Shown: positions 18,586 through 28,443 of the stretch, piece by piece
Numbering within the stretch: the first letter of the stretch is position 1
Layout of the letters: each line of letters starts with the position of its first letter
Origin: an uncultured Candidatus Binatia bacterium
GTDB taxonomy: Bacteria; Desulfobacterota; Binatia; UBA9968; JAJDTQ01
Assembly (NCBI GenBank): GCA_965242525.1
Contig: OZ251459.1
Coordinates: 3,776,001 to 3,840,000, forward strand
Reading direction: 5' to 3'
DNA: 64,000 nt
The notes under the pieces: model-generated
Seen by the model: only the letters and a program-made list of their open reading frames with translations
Told to the model about the DNA's origin: nothing
Database searches by the model: none
Translations under genes and position numbers: made by a program

Positions 18586-20991
18586 ATGGTCAAGCCGCCC
18601 GTCATCGCAACCGGGGACGACGACTCCCACCTGGTAACCTTCGAGGAGATCAGCCGGTTCGTCGAAGAGGCCGAAGACCTGCCGGGATGCCTCAACAGCA
18701 TCACGGGCATCGTGGCCAAGCGCATGCAGACCGAGGTCTGCTCGGTCTATCTGCTCGACCCCGAAAGCGACCGGCTGACCCTCAGCGCCACCCGGGGCCT
18801 GGACCAGGCCGCGGTGGGCCGGGTTTCCATGAGCGTCGGCGAAGGCCTGGCGGGACTGGTGGTGGAGACGCGGCAGCCCGTGATGGTCACGGACGCGCCG
18901 GCGCACCCGCGCTTCCTGTACTTCCCGGAGACCGGCGAGGAACGCTACCACTCCTTCTTCGCCGTCCCCGTCAGCAGCCAGAAGACGCCCATCGGCGTGC
19001 TGGTGGTGCAGACCTCGCGTCCGCGGGAGTTCACGCCCCAGGAAGCCAGGCTCCTCAAGGCCATATCGGCCCAGGTGTCCACCATCATCCTGCACGCCCG
19101 CCTGGTGGACTCGCTCAAGGACAAGGAACGCGAGCGCAAGCAGTCCCGCCAGCGCATGGTCACCGCGCTGAAAAGGCTCAGGTCCTACGAGGGGCGGGGC
19201 AAGGAGCGCACCAGCGAGCCCCCGAGGAAGTTCCGCAGCCGTTTGACCGGGCTCGCCGCCTGCCCCGGTTTCGCCTACGGCAAGGCCCACATCCTGCAAC
19301 GGCGCATCGACCTGGCCGCCATCGAGAGGACCCGGGCCGCGGACCCCCGGGCGGAGGTCGCGCTCTTTCGCTCCGCGGTGCAACGCTCCGCGGCCCAGAT
19401 GGAAGAGATCAAGACCCGCATGACCGCCCTCATCTCCGACGAGGCGGGCGCCATCCTGGACGTGCACCGGCTGATCCTGAACGACCCCGTGCTGCAGGAC
19501 GAGATCGAGAGTCGGATCCTCGAAGAGGGGCTGACGGCCTACTATGCGGTCAGCGACGTCTTCCGCCGGCACATGCGCACCGTGAGCGAAGTGGATGACC
19601 GGTACCTGAAGGAGCGCACCGCGGACATCCGCGACGTGGCCGAGAGGCTGCTGGACAACCTTTCCGGCTCCGGGGACCGGCGCCTCGTGGCCCCGGAGGA
19701 ACGGGCCGTCCTGGTGGCCGAAGACCTGTCCCCCGCGGACCTGGCGCTCATCGAAGGGGACCTGTTCCAGGGCATCGTGCTGGCCACCGGCGGCGTCACC
19801 TCCCACGCCTCGCTCTTGGCCAAGTCCTTCGAGATCCCCACGGTGGTGGCCGCGGAGTCGCTGCTGGAAAGCGTCCGGAAAGAGGACTCGCTGATCGTCG
19901 ATGGCAACTCCGGGGTCGTGTTCGTCAACCCCAACAAGGAGATCGTGGACGAGTACGCCCGGCTGGAGCGCCACTACCTCGCCGTCAACCGCGAGCTCGA
20001 CGAGATGCGGGACCTGCCGGCCGAGACCACCGACGGGCACCGGGTCCGCCTGCTCGCGAACATGGGACTGCTCACCGACATCCGGTTCGCGCAGGTCCAC
20101 GGGGCCGAGGGCATCGGCCTGTACCGCACCGAGATCCCGTTCCTCGCCTACCACGACTTCCCCACCGAGGCCCAGCAGTTCGCGCTCTACCAGCGGGTGG
20201 TGGAAGGCATGGCGGGCAAGCCCGTGACCATCCGCACCCTCGACATCGGCGCCGACAAGTACCCTCCCTACGTGAGCGTCGCCCGTTCCGAGCCCAACCC
20301 GTTCCTCGGATGGCGCTCCATCCGCATCTCCCTGGAGGTGTCGAAGACGTTCGAGATGCAGCTCCGGGCCATACTGCGCGCGGGGGCGCTGGGGCCGGTG
20401 CGGCTGCTGATCCCCATGGTCTCGAGCCTGGAGGAGATCCTCCGGGTCAAGGCCATGGTGCGCGAGGCGAAGGCGGACCTGGCCCGCCTCCGCCTCCCCT
20501 TCGATGCGGACATGGAAACGGGGATCATGATCGAGGTGCCGTCCGCGGTGCAGGTGGCCCACCGGTTGTTGGATGAGGTGGACTTCGTCAGCATCGGGAC
20601 CAACGACCTGATCCAGTACCTGCTGGCGGTGGACCGCGGCAACCGCAAGGTGGCCTCGCTCTACGAGCCCTTCCACCCCGCGGTCCTCTCCGCCCTCCAC
20701 CAAGTCATCCGGGCCGCCAAGGACAAGGGCAAGCGGGTGGCCATGTGCGGCGAGATGGCCGGGGACCCGCTGTCCACCCTGCTGTTGATGGGCATGGGGC
20801 TCGAAGAGTTCAGCATGGAGTCCCTGTCCATCCCCGTGGTCCGGAAGCTGGTGCGCTCGGTGAGCTACGAGAGGGCCGGCGCCATCGGACGCACCGCCCT
20901 CCGGATGGACAGGGTGGACGAGATCAAACGCTACCTGTTCAGCGAGATGCGCGCCCTGGGCTTGGTGGAGCTGCTGGAGCTCTACCGCTAG
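18586..20991 (+). CDS. ptsP: GAF-domain phosphoenolpyruvate-protein phosphotransferase (EI-Ntr-like)
   Basis: N-terminal GAF; GGVTSHASL phospho-His; GIGLYRTE; EPNPFLGWR; SIGTNDLIQY. Confidence 0.93.
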   Translation: MVKPPVIATGDDDSHLVTFEEISRFVEEAEDLPGCLNSITGIVAKRMQTEVCSVYLLDPESDRLTLSATRGLDQAAVGRVSMSVGEGLAGLVVETRQPVMVTDAPAHPRFLYFPETGEERYHSFFAVPVSSQKTPIGVLVVQTSRPREFTPQEARLLKAISAQVSTIILHARLVDSLKDKERERKQSRQRMVTALKRLRSYEGRGKERTSEPPRKFRSRLTGLAACPGFAYGKAHILQRRIDLAAIERTRAADPRAEVALFRSAVQRSAAQMEEIKTRMTALISDEAGAILDVHRLILNDPVLQDEIESRILEEGLTAYYAVSDVFRRHMRTVSEVDDRYLKERTADIRDVAERLLDNLSGSGDRRLVAPEERAVLVAEDLSPADLALIEGDLFQGIVLATGGVTSHASLLAKSFEIPTVVAAESLLESVRKEDSLIVDGNSGVVFVNPNKEIVDEYARLERHYLAVNRELDEMRDLPAETTDGHRVRLLANMGLLTDIRFAQVHGAEGIGLYRTEIPFLAYHDFPTEAQQFALYQRVVEGMAGKPVTIRTLDIGADKYPPYVSVARSEPNPFLGWRSIRISLEVSKTFEMQLRAILRAGALGPVRLLIPMVSSLEEILRVKAMVREAKADLARLRLPFDADMETGIMIEVPSAVQVAHRLLDEVDFVSIGTNDLIQYLLAVDRGNRKVASLYEPFHPAVLSALHQVIRAAKDKGKRVAMCGEMAGDPLSTLLLMGMGLEEFSMESLSIPVVRKLVRSVSYERAGAIGRTALRMDRVDEIKRYLFSEMRALGLVELLELYR

Positions 20992-21154
20992 GCGCCTGCC
21001 TGCCCGAAACCGCCAACGGCGTGACGACTCGGCCGCGCCCGTTGACACCCTCCCGCCCGTCCGTTCCCTTCCCGCCCTGCGCCAAGTAGCCGCAGCCTCT
21101 GGATTATCCGTCGGCGCCGCGGGATGGCACGGCCGTTGCTCCCTTGGTGCCGGC

Positions 21155-21895
21155 ATGAAGAAGGCATCTCCCTGCACCGAGTCGGGCGGCTTTCCCCCCG
21201 CGGAAGGAAACGATCCCGGGGAACACGTGGTCACCGCCTACCTTCCCCTGGTGAGGCGAATGGCCCGCCAACTCCACCGCCGGCTGCCGGCCAACACGGA
21301 CCTCGAAGCGCTGGTGCACTCCGGCGTGGTCGGCCTGCTGGAAGCCGCGGAGCGGTTCGACCCCGACCGGGGCGTGTCGTTCTACGTGTACGCCCGGCAC
21401 CGCATCTACGGCGAGATGATCCAGTGCCTGCGCTCCCTGGACTGGGTGAGCCGGTCCATCCGCGCCTGGGGGCGCCGGGTCGCCGCGGCCCGCAGGCGCC
21501 TGGCCCGGGACCTCTGCCGCGAAGCCACTTCCGAAGAGCTGGCGCACGAGCTGTCGGTGTCGTTGGAGGCCTACCACAAGATCAACTACCGGGTCAGCGA
21601 GTACGGGTGGATGAGCCTCGACGACCCGTCGCAGCACCTCGTGCTCGAAGGGAACGCCCAGGGACAGGGGATCTACCAGGACCCGCTGGACTTCGTGGAG
21701 CGCCGCGACCTGGTGGAGAAGCTGAAACGGGCGGTGGCGCAGCTTCCGGAACGCGAACGGCTGGTGGTCACCCTGCGCCACTACCGGGAACTCAAGTTCA
21801 GGGAGATCGGCGAAGGGCTCGGAGTGACCGAGGCGCGGATTTGCCAGATCTACGTGCAAGCGCGCAAACGGCTCCGGCAGGCCCTGGACCATTGA
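21155..21895 (+). CDS. FliA/WhiG-family (sigma-28-like) RNA polymerase sigma factor
   Basis: GLLEAAERFDP, RSLDWVSRSIR, region 4 EIGEGLGVTEARICQI. Confidence 0.88.
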   Translation: MKKASPCTESGGFPPAEGNDPGEHVVTAYLPLVRRMARQLHRRLPANTDLEALVHSGVVGLLEAAERFDPDRGVSFYVYARHRIYGEMIQCLRSLDWVSRSIRAWGRRVAAARRRLARDLCREATSEELAHELSVSLEAYHKINYRVSEYGWMSLDDPSQHLVLEGNAQGQGIYQDPLDFVERRDLVEKLKRAVAQLPERERLVVTLRHYRELKFREIGEGLGVTEARICQIYVQARKRLRQALDH

Positions 21896-21978
21896 GCCGC
21901 GCCGCCGCGCCTGCGGCGGAGGGGAAACGCCGCCCGCAACGGAGCCCGCGGCTCACGGGCCGCCCGCCCCGGGGGTGG

Positions 21979-23346
21979 TCAGCCGTCCGCCTTCAGGACG
22001 GCGATCTCGTCCTCGATGACCTGCCGTCTCGGCGAGTCCGGCGGGTATTGCTGGGCGGCGCGCTCCAGCGAGCCGACCGCCTTGCCGGTCTCGTCCCGCA
22101 GCAGGTGGAACTGCGCCAGGTAGTAGTGGGCCTTGCCCGGCTGGTTCAGCTTGCGGTAGGCGTAACCCAGGCGCCGGGCCGCCTCGGGCCAGAAGGACGC
22201 GAGCTGGCGCGCCCTCAGGTAGGAACGGACCGCCTGCCGGAAGCGCGATTGCCTCTCGAACAGGCGCCCCTGGTACAGGTGGGTGACCGGGTCGTCGGGT
22301 TCGCGCTCCAGCATGGCCTCGAAGGCCGCGTGGGCCCTGGAGGGTTCGCCGGTTCGGCTGTACGCCCGTCCCAGGTCCCGGTGCACGCTCGGCAGGGACG
22401 GGTCCAGCCGCGCCGCCCGCTCGAGCATGTCCCGCGCCGCGCGCCACCGGCCGGTGGCGGCGTAGGCCGCGCCCAGCAGATGCGCCGGCGCGGCCGCTTG
22501 CGGGTCCTTTTCATGGGCCTTCTTCCGACGCTCGACCACCGCGTTCGGCTCGCTTCGCAACTCGATCAGGAGCTTCAGGCGTTCGACGCCGTCGGCGCCC
22601 TTGAACCGCGGACGGGTGAGCCCGAGGCCCCGGATGGAAGCGGCCATGTTGGCGATCCGCTGCTCGGTCAGTGGGTGGGACATGAGGTAGGTGGGGGTTC
22701 CCACCGGGTTCAGGAGCTTCTCGCGGTACAGCTTCTCCATGAAGTCCACCGCGGCCTGGGGGTCGTAACCCGCCCGCGCGAGGTAGCCGACCCCCAGGTT
22801 GTCGGCCTGCTCCTCCATCTGCCGACTGAACTCCAGTTGCCGCGTCATGGAGATCGCCGGCGCGGCCAGGACCGCAGGCCCCAGGACCGGGGCCAGGAAC
22901 ACCCCCAGCATTCCCAGGAGCACGGTCTCGTCCGGCGCGGCCAGGGCGGCGAAGTGCCGCGCGTTCACGTGGACGATCTCGTGGGCCACCACCGACGCCA
23001 ACTCGTCGGTGCTCTCCACCTTCTGGATCAGCCCCGAGTGGAGGAAGATGTTCCCGCCGGGGACCGCAAAGGCGTTGGTGGAGGCGTCCTCCACCACGAA
23101 GAACCGGTACGGGTACCGGGTGTTGCCCACCGCGTCGAGGATACGGCGGCCGATGCGATCCACGTACAGCTCGATCTCGGGGTCCTCGATGAACTTGAGA
23201 CGTTTCCGGGCCTCCCGGCGGATCTCGCGGCCGATGCGGATCTCTTCTTCCTGGGAAAGGGCATGGACGGGGGGAACGCGCAGGCCTGCCGCCGCGCACC
23301 CCGCGACCACCAGCGCCGCGACCCAGCAGTGGAAGGCCCTCCGCAT
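21979..23346 (-). CDS. M48 metalloprotease with TPR repeats (BepA/YfgC-like)
   Basis: NAFAVPGG, AHEIVH (HExxH), FSRQMEEQAD, SHP; C-terminal TPRs; signal-like N-terminus. Confidence 0.9.
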   Translation of the reverse strand: MRRAFHCWVAALVVAGCAAAGLRVPPVHALSQEEEIRIGREIRREARKRLKFIEDPEIELYVDRIGRRILDAVGNTRYPYRFFVVEDASTNAFAVPGGNIFLHSGLIQKVESTDELASVVAHEIVHVNARHFAALAAPDETVLLGMLGVFLAPVLGPAVLAAPAISMTRQLEFSRQMEEQADNLGVGYLARAGYDPQAAVDFMEKLYREKLLNPVGTPTYLMSHPLTEQRIANMAASIRGLGLTRPRFKGADGVERLKLLIELRSEPNAVVERRKKAHEKDPQAAAPAHLLGAAYAATGRWRAARDMLERAARLDPSLPSVHRDLGRAYSRTGEPSRAHAAFEAMLEREPDDPVTHLYQGRLFERQSRFRQAVRSYLRARQLASFWPEAARRLGYAYRKLNQPGKAHYYLAQFHLLRDETGKAVGSLERAAQQYPPDSPRRQVIEDEIAVLKADG

Positions 23347-23428
23347 GTCTCGAAGTCTATCCGACCCCCCGGAACGGGTCAATACGCCGGCCGCGGCCTC
23401 GCGGAGCGGCAAGGGCCGGCCGCTCCGA

Positions 23429-25510
23429 TCAGTCCCAACCCAGCCAGACGAACAGGTCCCCGGGCGGGAAGGGCAGATGGAGCATCATGTCGAAGATGCC
23501 GGCAAAGAAGAGGTAGGCCACCGCGGTCAGGACCACGGAGACGAGCCAGCCCTCCCGGGCGCCGAGCTTGAGGTAGAGGAAGGTCGCCACCAGCGACGAC
23601 CACACGAACCCGATGAGCCATATGGAGAGGAAGAACCCCACCACCCAGGCGCCGATGGCAAGGGTCCGCCTGCGGGTCTCCGCGGGCGGGATCTCCTCGA
23701 CATCCTCCACCCCCTCCTCCCCGTGGACCACCACCCTGGACCGGGTCATGATCTCCTTCCCGAACACCGCCAAGCTGACGGCGAAGGCCGGAAGCCCGAT
23801 GATGAGCGGGAACAGGGCCGCGCGCTCCTCGTCCGCGCCGAAGCCGAAGAAGCACTCGCGCAGCACGTAGGCGAACAGCGCGACGAAACACAGGGCGAAG
23901 ACCCCGTTGGCCACGCGCTCGTTGCGCGAGACCGCCTCCGTGGTCTTGGTGATCCCGGGCACTGCGAAAGCGGCTTCGTGGCGCTCGGCCCGCTTCCGTT
24001 CCCGGTAGGCCTGGAACAGGGGGTAGAACAGCCCGGCGAGGATGAGCAACATGATGACCAGCACCCCCGGCCGCAGCAGGAACCCGGCCCCATAGACCTT
24101 GGTCGCGATGAAGAGGTTGTTCTCCGCGATGCCGCCGAGGACGAGACCCAGCAGCAGCGGCGGCCGCTGCCAGTCGAACTTGACCATCAGCCACCCCACC
24201 AGCCCGAACACCAGCACCATGACGATGTCCCCGAACGCATTGTTGACGGCGAAGCCGCCCAGGTAGATCAGCATCAGGAGGAACGGGATCAGGTAGGTCC
24301 CCTTGACGAACGTGATCCTCGCCAAGTGGTTCAGGAACAGCAGGCACACCGCGACCGTGATGACGTTTGAGACGACGATGATCCAGACGAAGGAGAACGT
24401 CAGGTCCAGGTGCTTCTCGGGGTCGAGCAGGTCCGGCCCCGGCACGATGCCCTGGATGATGAAGGCCCCCAGCAGTATGGCCATGGAGACGCTGCCGGGC
24501 ACGCCGAAGGCGATGGTCGGCACCAGCGAGCCGCCCTCCTTGGAGTTGTTGGCGGCGCCGGGTCCGAGGACGCCCTCGATGGCGCCCTTGCCGAAGCGGT
24601 CCTTGTCCCCGGGCGAGCTCTGCACCGCGTGGGCGTAGGCCACCCACTGGGCCGGCCCGCCCCCGAGTCCCGGAATGAGGCCGATGTAGGAGCCGATGGC
24701 GCTGCACGACAGCACCAGCTTCCAGTGGCGGAAGGTGTCGATGACGCCCTGCATGACGCCGCCCAGCTTGCCGGTGGACTGGCGCGCGATGCTGGTCCCC
24801 TGGACCGACAGGTCGATGATCTCGGGGATGGCGAACAGGCCCACGGTCACCGACACCAGCGAAAGGCCGTCCCAGAGGAACAGCGCCGCGTCTTCGCCGA
24901 TGACCGGATCGAGGGTGAAGCGCGGCACGCTCTCGATGGGGTCCAGGCCGATGGTGGAGAGGACGAGCCCGAAAGCGCCGGTGCACAGGCCCTTGAGGAT
25001 GTTGCCGCCGCTCAGGGACGCCACGAAGGTGATCCCCAGCAGGGCGAGCATGAAGAACTCCGAGGAGCCGATGGAAAGCACCAGCGGCTGGACGATGGGT
25101 ATGGCCAGGGCCAGGGCGAAGGCGCCGAAGACGGCCCCCACCAGCGAGCTCATGAGCGCGGCCCCCAGGGCGCGGCCGGCTTCGCCCTTCTTGGCCATGG
25201 GGTGGCCGTCCACGATGGTGGCCGCGGTGATGCCTTCGCCAGGCACGCCGAAGAGGATCGAGGTGATGTCCCCGGTGGTGGCGGTCACCGCGTTCGAGCC
25301 CAGGAGGAACGCGAACGCGGTGGTGGGGTCCATCTTGTAGATGAACGGCAGCATGAGCGCCAGCGTGGTGGCCCCGCCGAGTCCGGGCAGGATGCCCACC
25401 ACGAAACCGATGGCGATGCCGATCAGCATGAAGATGAACGGGTCCTGCCCCGCGGCGGTGAACGGCAGGATGTTGGCCAGGCCGGCGAAGAACGAGTGGA
25501 AATGGTCCAT
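23429..25510 (-). CDS. Tripartite tricarboxylate transporter TctA with C-terminal TctB-like fusion
   Basis: GILPGLG, SILFGVPGE, DGHPMAKKG, AANNSKEGG; extra ~160-aa membrane C-terminus ending LPFPPG. Confidence 0.88.
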   Translation of the reverse strand: MDHFHSFFAGLANILPFTAAGQDPFIFMLIGIAIGFVVGILPGLGGATTLALMLPFIYKMDPTTAFAFLLGSNAVTATTGDITSILFGVPGEGITAATIVDGHPMAKKGEAGRALGAALMSSLVGAVFGAFALALAIPIVQPLVLSIGSSEFFMLALLGITFVASLSGGNILKGLCTGAFGLVLSTIGLDPIESVPRFTLDPVIGEDAALFLWDGLSLVSVTVGLFAIPEIIDLSVQGTSIARQSTGKLGGVMQGVIDTFRHWKLVLSCSAIGSYIGLIPGLGGGPAQWVAYAHAVQSSPGDKDRFGKGAIEGVLGPGAANNSKEGGSLVPTIAFGVPGSVSMAILLGAFIIQGIVPGPDLLDPEKHLDLTFSFVWIIVVSNVITVAVCLLFLNHLARITFVKGTYLIPFLLMLIYLGGFAVNNAFGDIVMVLVFGLVGWLMVKFDWQRPPLLLGLVLGGIAENNLFIATKVYGAGFLLRPGVLVIMLLILAGLFYPLFQAYRERKRAERHEAAFAVPGITKTTEAVSRNERVANGVFALCFVALFAYVLRECFFGFGADEERAALFPLIIGLPAFAVSLAVFGKEIMTRSRVVVHGEEGVEDVEEIPPAETRRRTLAIGAWVVGFFLSIWLIGFVWSSLVATFLYLKLGAREGWLVSVVLTAVAYLFFAGIFDMMLHLPFPPGDLFVWLGWD

Positions 25511-25746
25511 GCCTTGGTCTTCGGGGGTCGAGGGTTCGAGTCGAAACGGAAGAGCGTCGTGCCCGCGTCAGCCCAGGGGGCCCGCGGGCGGTCACCCGTC
25601 ATGGGAGAGGTAATGGACTGGCCTTTATCGCGTAAATCCGGGAACCTGTCAAGCGCGGCCCCGGGTTTCGGGAAAGCCCGCGCCGCCCGCGGACCGGCTA
25701 CCCTGGCGCGGACGGCGGGGACGGAGACGCGGCCCTCCGGGCCGGT

Positions 25747-26181
25747 TCACGGCGGTCCGGACGCCAGCGACTCGTAGCTCGCGCCCTCGCCGTTCTCCCG
25801 GCTCACCGGAAGCCCCAGGCCGGCCCAGCCTTCGGCCACCACCTGCCCGTAAGGGTCGCGCAGGCCGCCGAACCCGCCGCGGACGCTGGCCACGTCCCGG
25901 TAACCCTGCCGCTCCAGCAGGTTTGCCGCATTGACGGACCGGGGTCCCGCCTGGCAGCCGAGCATCAGCTTCCGGTCCCTGGGGAAATGCTTCGCCACCA
26001 CGTCGAGGAAGTCCGGGTTGTATACCATGCCCTGGGCGGGGTCGTGGAACGCGATGGGGATGTTGACGGCCCCTTCGGGATGGCCCGCGGCGAACTCCTC
26101 CACCGTGCGCACGTCGATGTACACGCTTTCGGCGTCCTGCCGCAGGGCGTCGCATGCCTCCTGGGGCGAAATCTCTTTCAC
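25747..26181 (-). CDS. Rhodanese-like domain protein
   Basis: IDVRTVEEFAAGHPEGAVNIP; CQAGPRS active loop. Confidence 0.9.
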   Translation of the reverse strand: MKEISPQEACDALRQDAESVYIDVRTVEEFAAGHPEGAVNIPIAFHDPAQGMVYNPDFLDVVAKHFPRDRKLMLGCQAGPRSVNAANLLERQGYRDVASVRGGFGGLRDPYGQVVAEGWAGLGLPVSRENGEGASYESLASGPP

Positions 26182-26200
26182 GGTCCTCCCTCCTCGGTCT

Positions 26201-26974
26201 TCACATGCCCATGACGTTGTAACCCGCGTCCACGTGCACCGTTTCCCCGGTGACGCCGCTCCCCAGGTCGCTGGCCAGATAGACCGCGGTCCTGCCGATC
26301 TCCGCGGGGTCCACGTTGCGCTTGAGCGGCGCGCGCTCGCTGGCGTAGCGGAGCATGTCCCGGAACCCGGCGATGCCGGCCGCGGCCAAGGTCTTCACCG
26401 GGCCCGCGGAGATGGCGTTGACCCGGATCCCCTCCGGGCCCAGGTCGTAAGCCAGGTAGCGGACGCTCGCCTCCAGGGCCGCTTTCGCCACGCCCATGAC
26501 GTTGTAGTTGGGGACCACCTTCTCGGACCCCATGTAGGTCAGGGTCACCACCGAGCCGGCGCGCCCCTTCATCAGCCCGGCGGCGTGGCGCGTCAGCGCC
26601 ACCAGCGAATAGCTGCTGATGTCCAGCGCGGTGTGGAACCCCGCGCGCCCGGTCTGCAGGTAGGGTCGGGACAGGTCTTCCTTGTCGGCGTAGGCGATGG
26701 CGTGGATCAGGATGTCGAGACCTTCCCAGCGGCGGCCCACCTCCTCGAAGACCGCCTCGATCTCTTCGTCCCGGGTGACGTCGCACGGCAGCACCAAGTC
26801 CGAGCCGATGCCTTCCGCCAGCGGCCTCACGCGCTTCTCCAGGACTTCGCCGGCGTAGGTGAAAGCGAGCTCCGCCCCCTGGGCGTGCAGCTCCCGCGCC
26901 ACCGCCCAGGCAATGCTCCGGTCGTTGGCCACGCCGAAGATCAACGCCTTCCTGCCCGCAAGGATTCCGGCCAT
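26201..26974 (-). CDS. fabI: Enoyl-ACP reductase
   Basis: GVANDRSIA, YNVMGVAKAALE, VNAISAGPVKTLA. Confidence 0.96.
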   Translation of the reverse strand: MAGILAGRKALIFGVANDRSIAWAVARELHAQGAELAFTYAGEVLEKRVRPLAEGIGSDLVLPCDVTRDEEIEAVFEEVGRRWEGLDILIHAIAYADKEDLSRPYLQTGRAGFHTALDISSYSLVALTRHAAGLMKGRAGSVVTLTYMGSEKVVPNYNVMGVAKAALEASVRYLAYDLGPEGIRVNAISAGPVKTLAAAGIAGFRDMLRYASERAPLKRNVDPAEIGRTAVYLASDLGSGVTGETVHVDAGYNVMGM

Positions 26975-27600
26975 TTCCGCTCCCTCGCCTCCTCCGCCCT
27001 GGAGGACGGCTGTTTCAGCCCCCTTTGCCAGAGGTGCTCCGTCTCCCCCAGGTTCGCGCCCACCCATCGCCCGAGGACGAAGAACAGGTCGCTCAACCGG
27101 TTGACGTAGCGGAGGGGCCACTCGCCTACGGTCTCCAGCCGCGACAGCCGGAGGATCTCCCGCTCGGCCCGCCGGCACACCGTGCGGCACTGGTGCAGTT
27201 GCGCGCTGACGGGTCCGCCTCCGGGCAGCACGAACGACTCCAGCGGCCGAAGCTCCTTCTGGCGCTCGTCCATGATCCGTTCGAGCCGGGCCACCTGCTC
27301 CCCGCCCATTCGGTGCATGCCCTCGTGGACGAAATCCTCCGGCGTAGCGAGCTCGCCGCCCAGGTCGAAGAGCTCCTGCTGGACGTCCCGGAGCACCGCG
27401 TCGAGCCCGCGGCGCAGTTCAGGCGTCCCCTTCCCTTCCCGGTTCCACGCCCGGGCCAGGCCCACCACCGCGTTGAGCTCGTCGATGGCGCCGTATGCCT
27501 CGATCCTGGCCGAGTCCTTGGGCGCGCGCTTGCCGCCCACCAGGGCGGTGGTTCCGTCGTCGCCGGTGCGCGTATAGACGCGGTTGATCCTGATGGCCAT
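26941..27600 (-). CDS. PduO-type ATP:cob(I)alamin adenosyltransferase
   Basis: VYTRTGDDGTT, AYGAIDELN, FVLPGG, RTVCRRAER, NRLSDLFF. Confidence 0.93.
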   Translation of the reverse strand: MAIRINRVYTRTGDDGTTALVGGKRAPKDSARIEAYGAIDELNAVVGLARAWNREGKGTPELRRGLDAVLRDVQQELFDLGGELATPEDFVHEGMHRMGGEQVARLERIMDERQKELRPLESFVLPGGGPVSAQLHQCRTVCRRAEREILRLSRLETVGEWPLRYVNRLSDLFFVLGRWVGANLGETEHLWQRGLKQPSSRAEEARERKWPESLRAGRR

Positions 27601-27936
27601 CCCGAAAACCCCGACAGCGCTCAGGGTACAGGCTTCGAGGGAAAAATGCGAACCACGGGATGGATGCGAACCACGGGACCGTCCGATGCAGGACGCCGCC
27701 GGAGGGAGAGCGTGATTCCAACGGGGAACGACACCGGAGGAGGGGCGGCACGGGAAGACGAGGGGCGATGAAGGGTGGCGATGGAAGGGGGGCGATGGCG
27801 CGGACCATCGCCCATGCCGGTTCCCCGAAACCGTCACCGCGGGGGGAGGAGTGGACTCCATCCCCCCGCCTCCGCGCGCCCCGACGACGGATCCTCACCT
27901 GCCGTTGGGGTCACCGTCCTCCGGACGTAGAGTATG

Positions 27937-28230
27937 TCAGTATGTCGTGTCGAATCCGAGCGACTCCATTTCCGGCGCAGTGCCGGACTCCAACGCATCC
28001 GCCGCGGCGCCGATCAGGTCGGCCACCGAATCGTCCGAATCGCTCGTGCAGCCACAGCCGCAACCACACCCGCAGCCGCAGCCACATCCGCACCCACAAC
28101 CGCAACCGCACCCACAGCCGCATCCGCATCCGCAACCGTGGATCTCCAGATCCAGGTCTTCGTCACGGGCGTCGAGCAGCCATGTGGTCGCCGCGGCGCC
28201 GGCCAAGTCGGAATCGTTGATGGTTTGCAT
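27937..28230 (-). CDS. 97-aa acidic peptide with a (Gly-Cys)15 core; putative RiPP precursor or metal-binding peptide
   Basis: AAGGAG RBS before ATG; repeat at 28048-28137 uses mixed synonymous codons; non-repetitive acidic flanks. Confidence 0.75.
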   Translation of the reverse strand: MQTINDSDLAGAAATTWLLDARDEDLDLEIHGCGCGCGCGCGCGCGCGCGCGCGCGCGCGCTSDSDDSVADLIGAAADALESGTAPEMESLGFDTTY

Positions 28231-28443
28231 CTCTCGTTCTCCTTCCGTGTCGTGTTGTGGTCCAAAGCCCGCCTACACAGGAAAAGATCGACCGGTGGGG
28301 GGTGGACTTTAGCGGCGACCCCACCCGCGGGAGCGATTTTCCGCGCGGCCCGGGAGCCCGGCCCACGGGTCCGCGGACGTCAGGGAACGGACCGGGACCC
28401 CGGCCCTCTTCCCTGTCGGGCGCCCGAGGTGTTAGAAGGAGGC

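Noticed and set aside
27610-27900. Cobalamin riboswitch upstream of the adenosyltransferase
   Set aside because: Could not find the B12-box or the conserved GGGAA/GCCACTG-type core elements by eye
27851-28312. Plus-strand ORF with QP/HP repeats (and the AATA frame of ORF 27934-28884)
   Set aside because: Antisense shadow of the (GC)15 peptide; variation falls at the wobble positions of the minus-strand Gly-Cys frame, which also has the RBS
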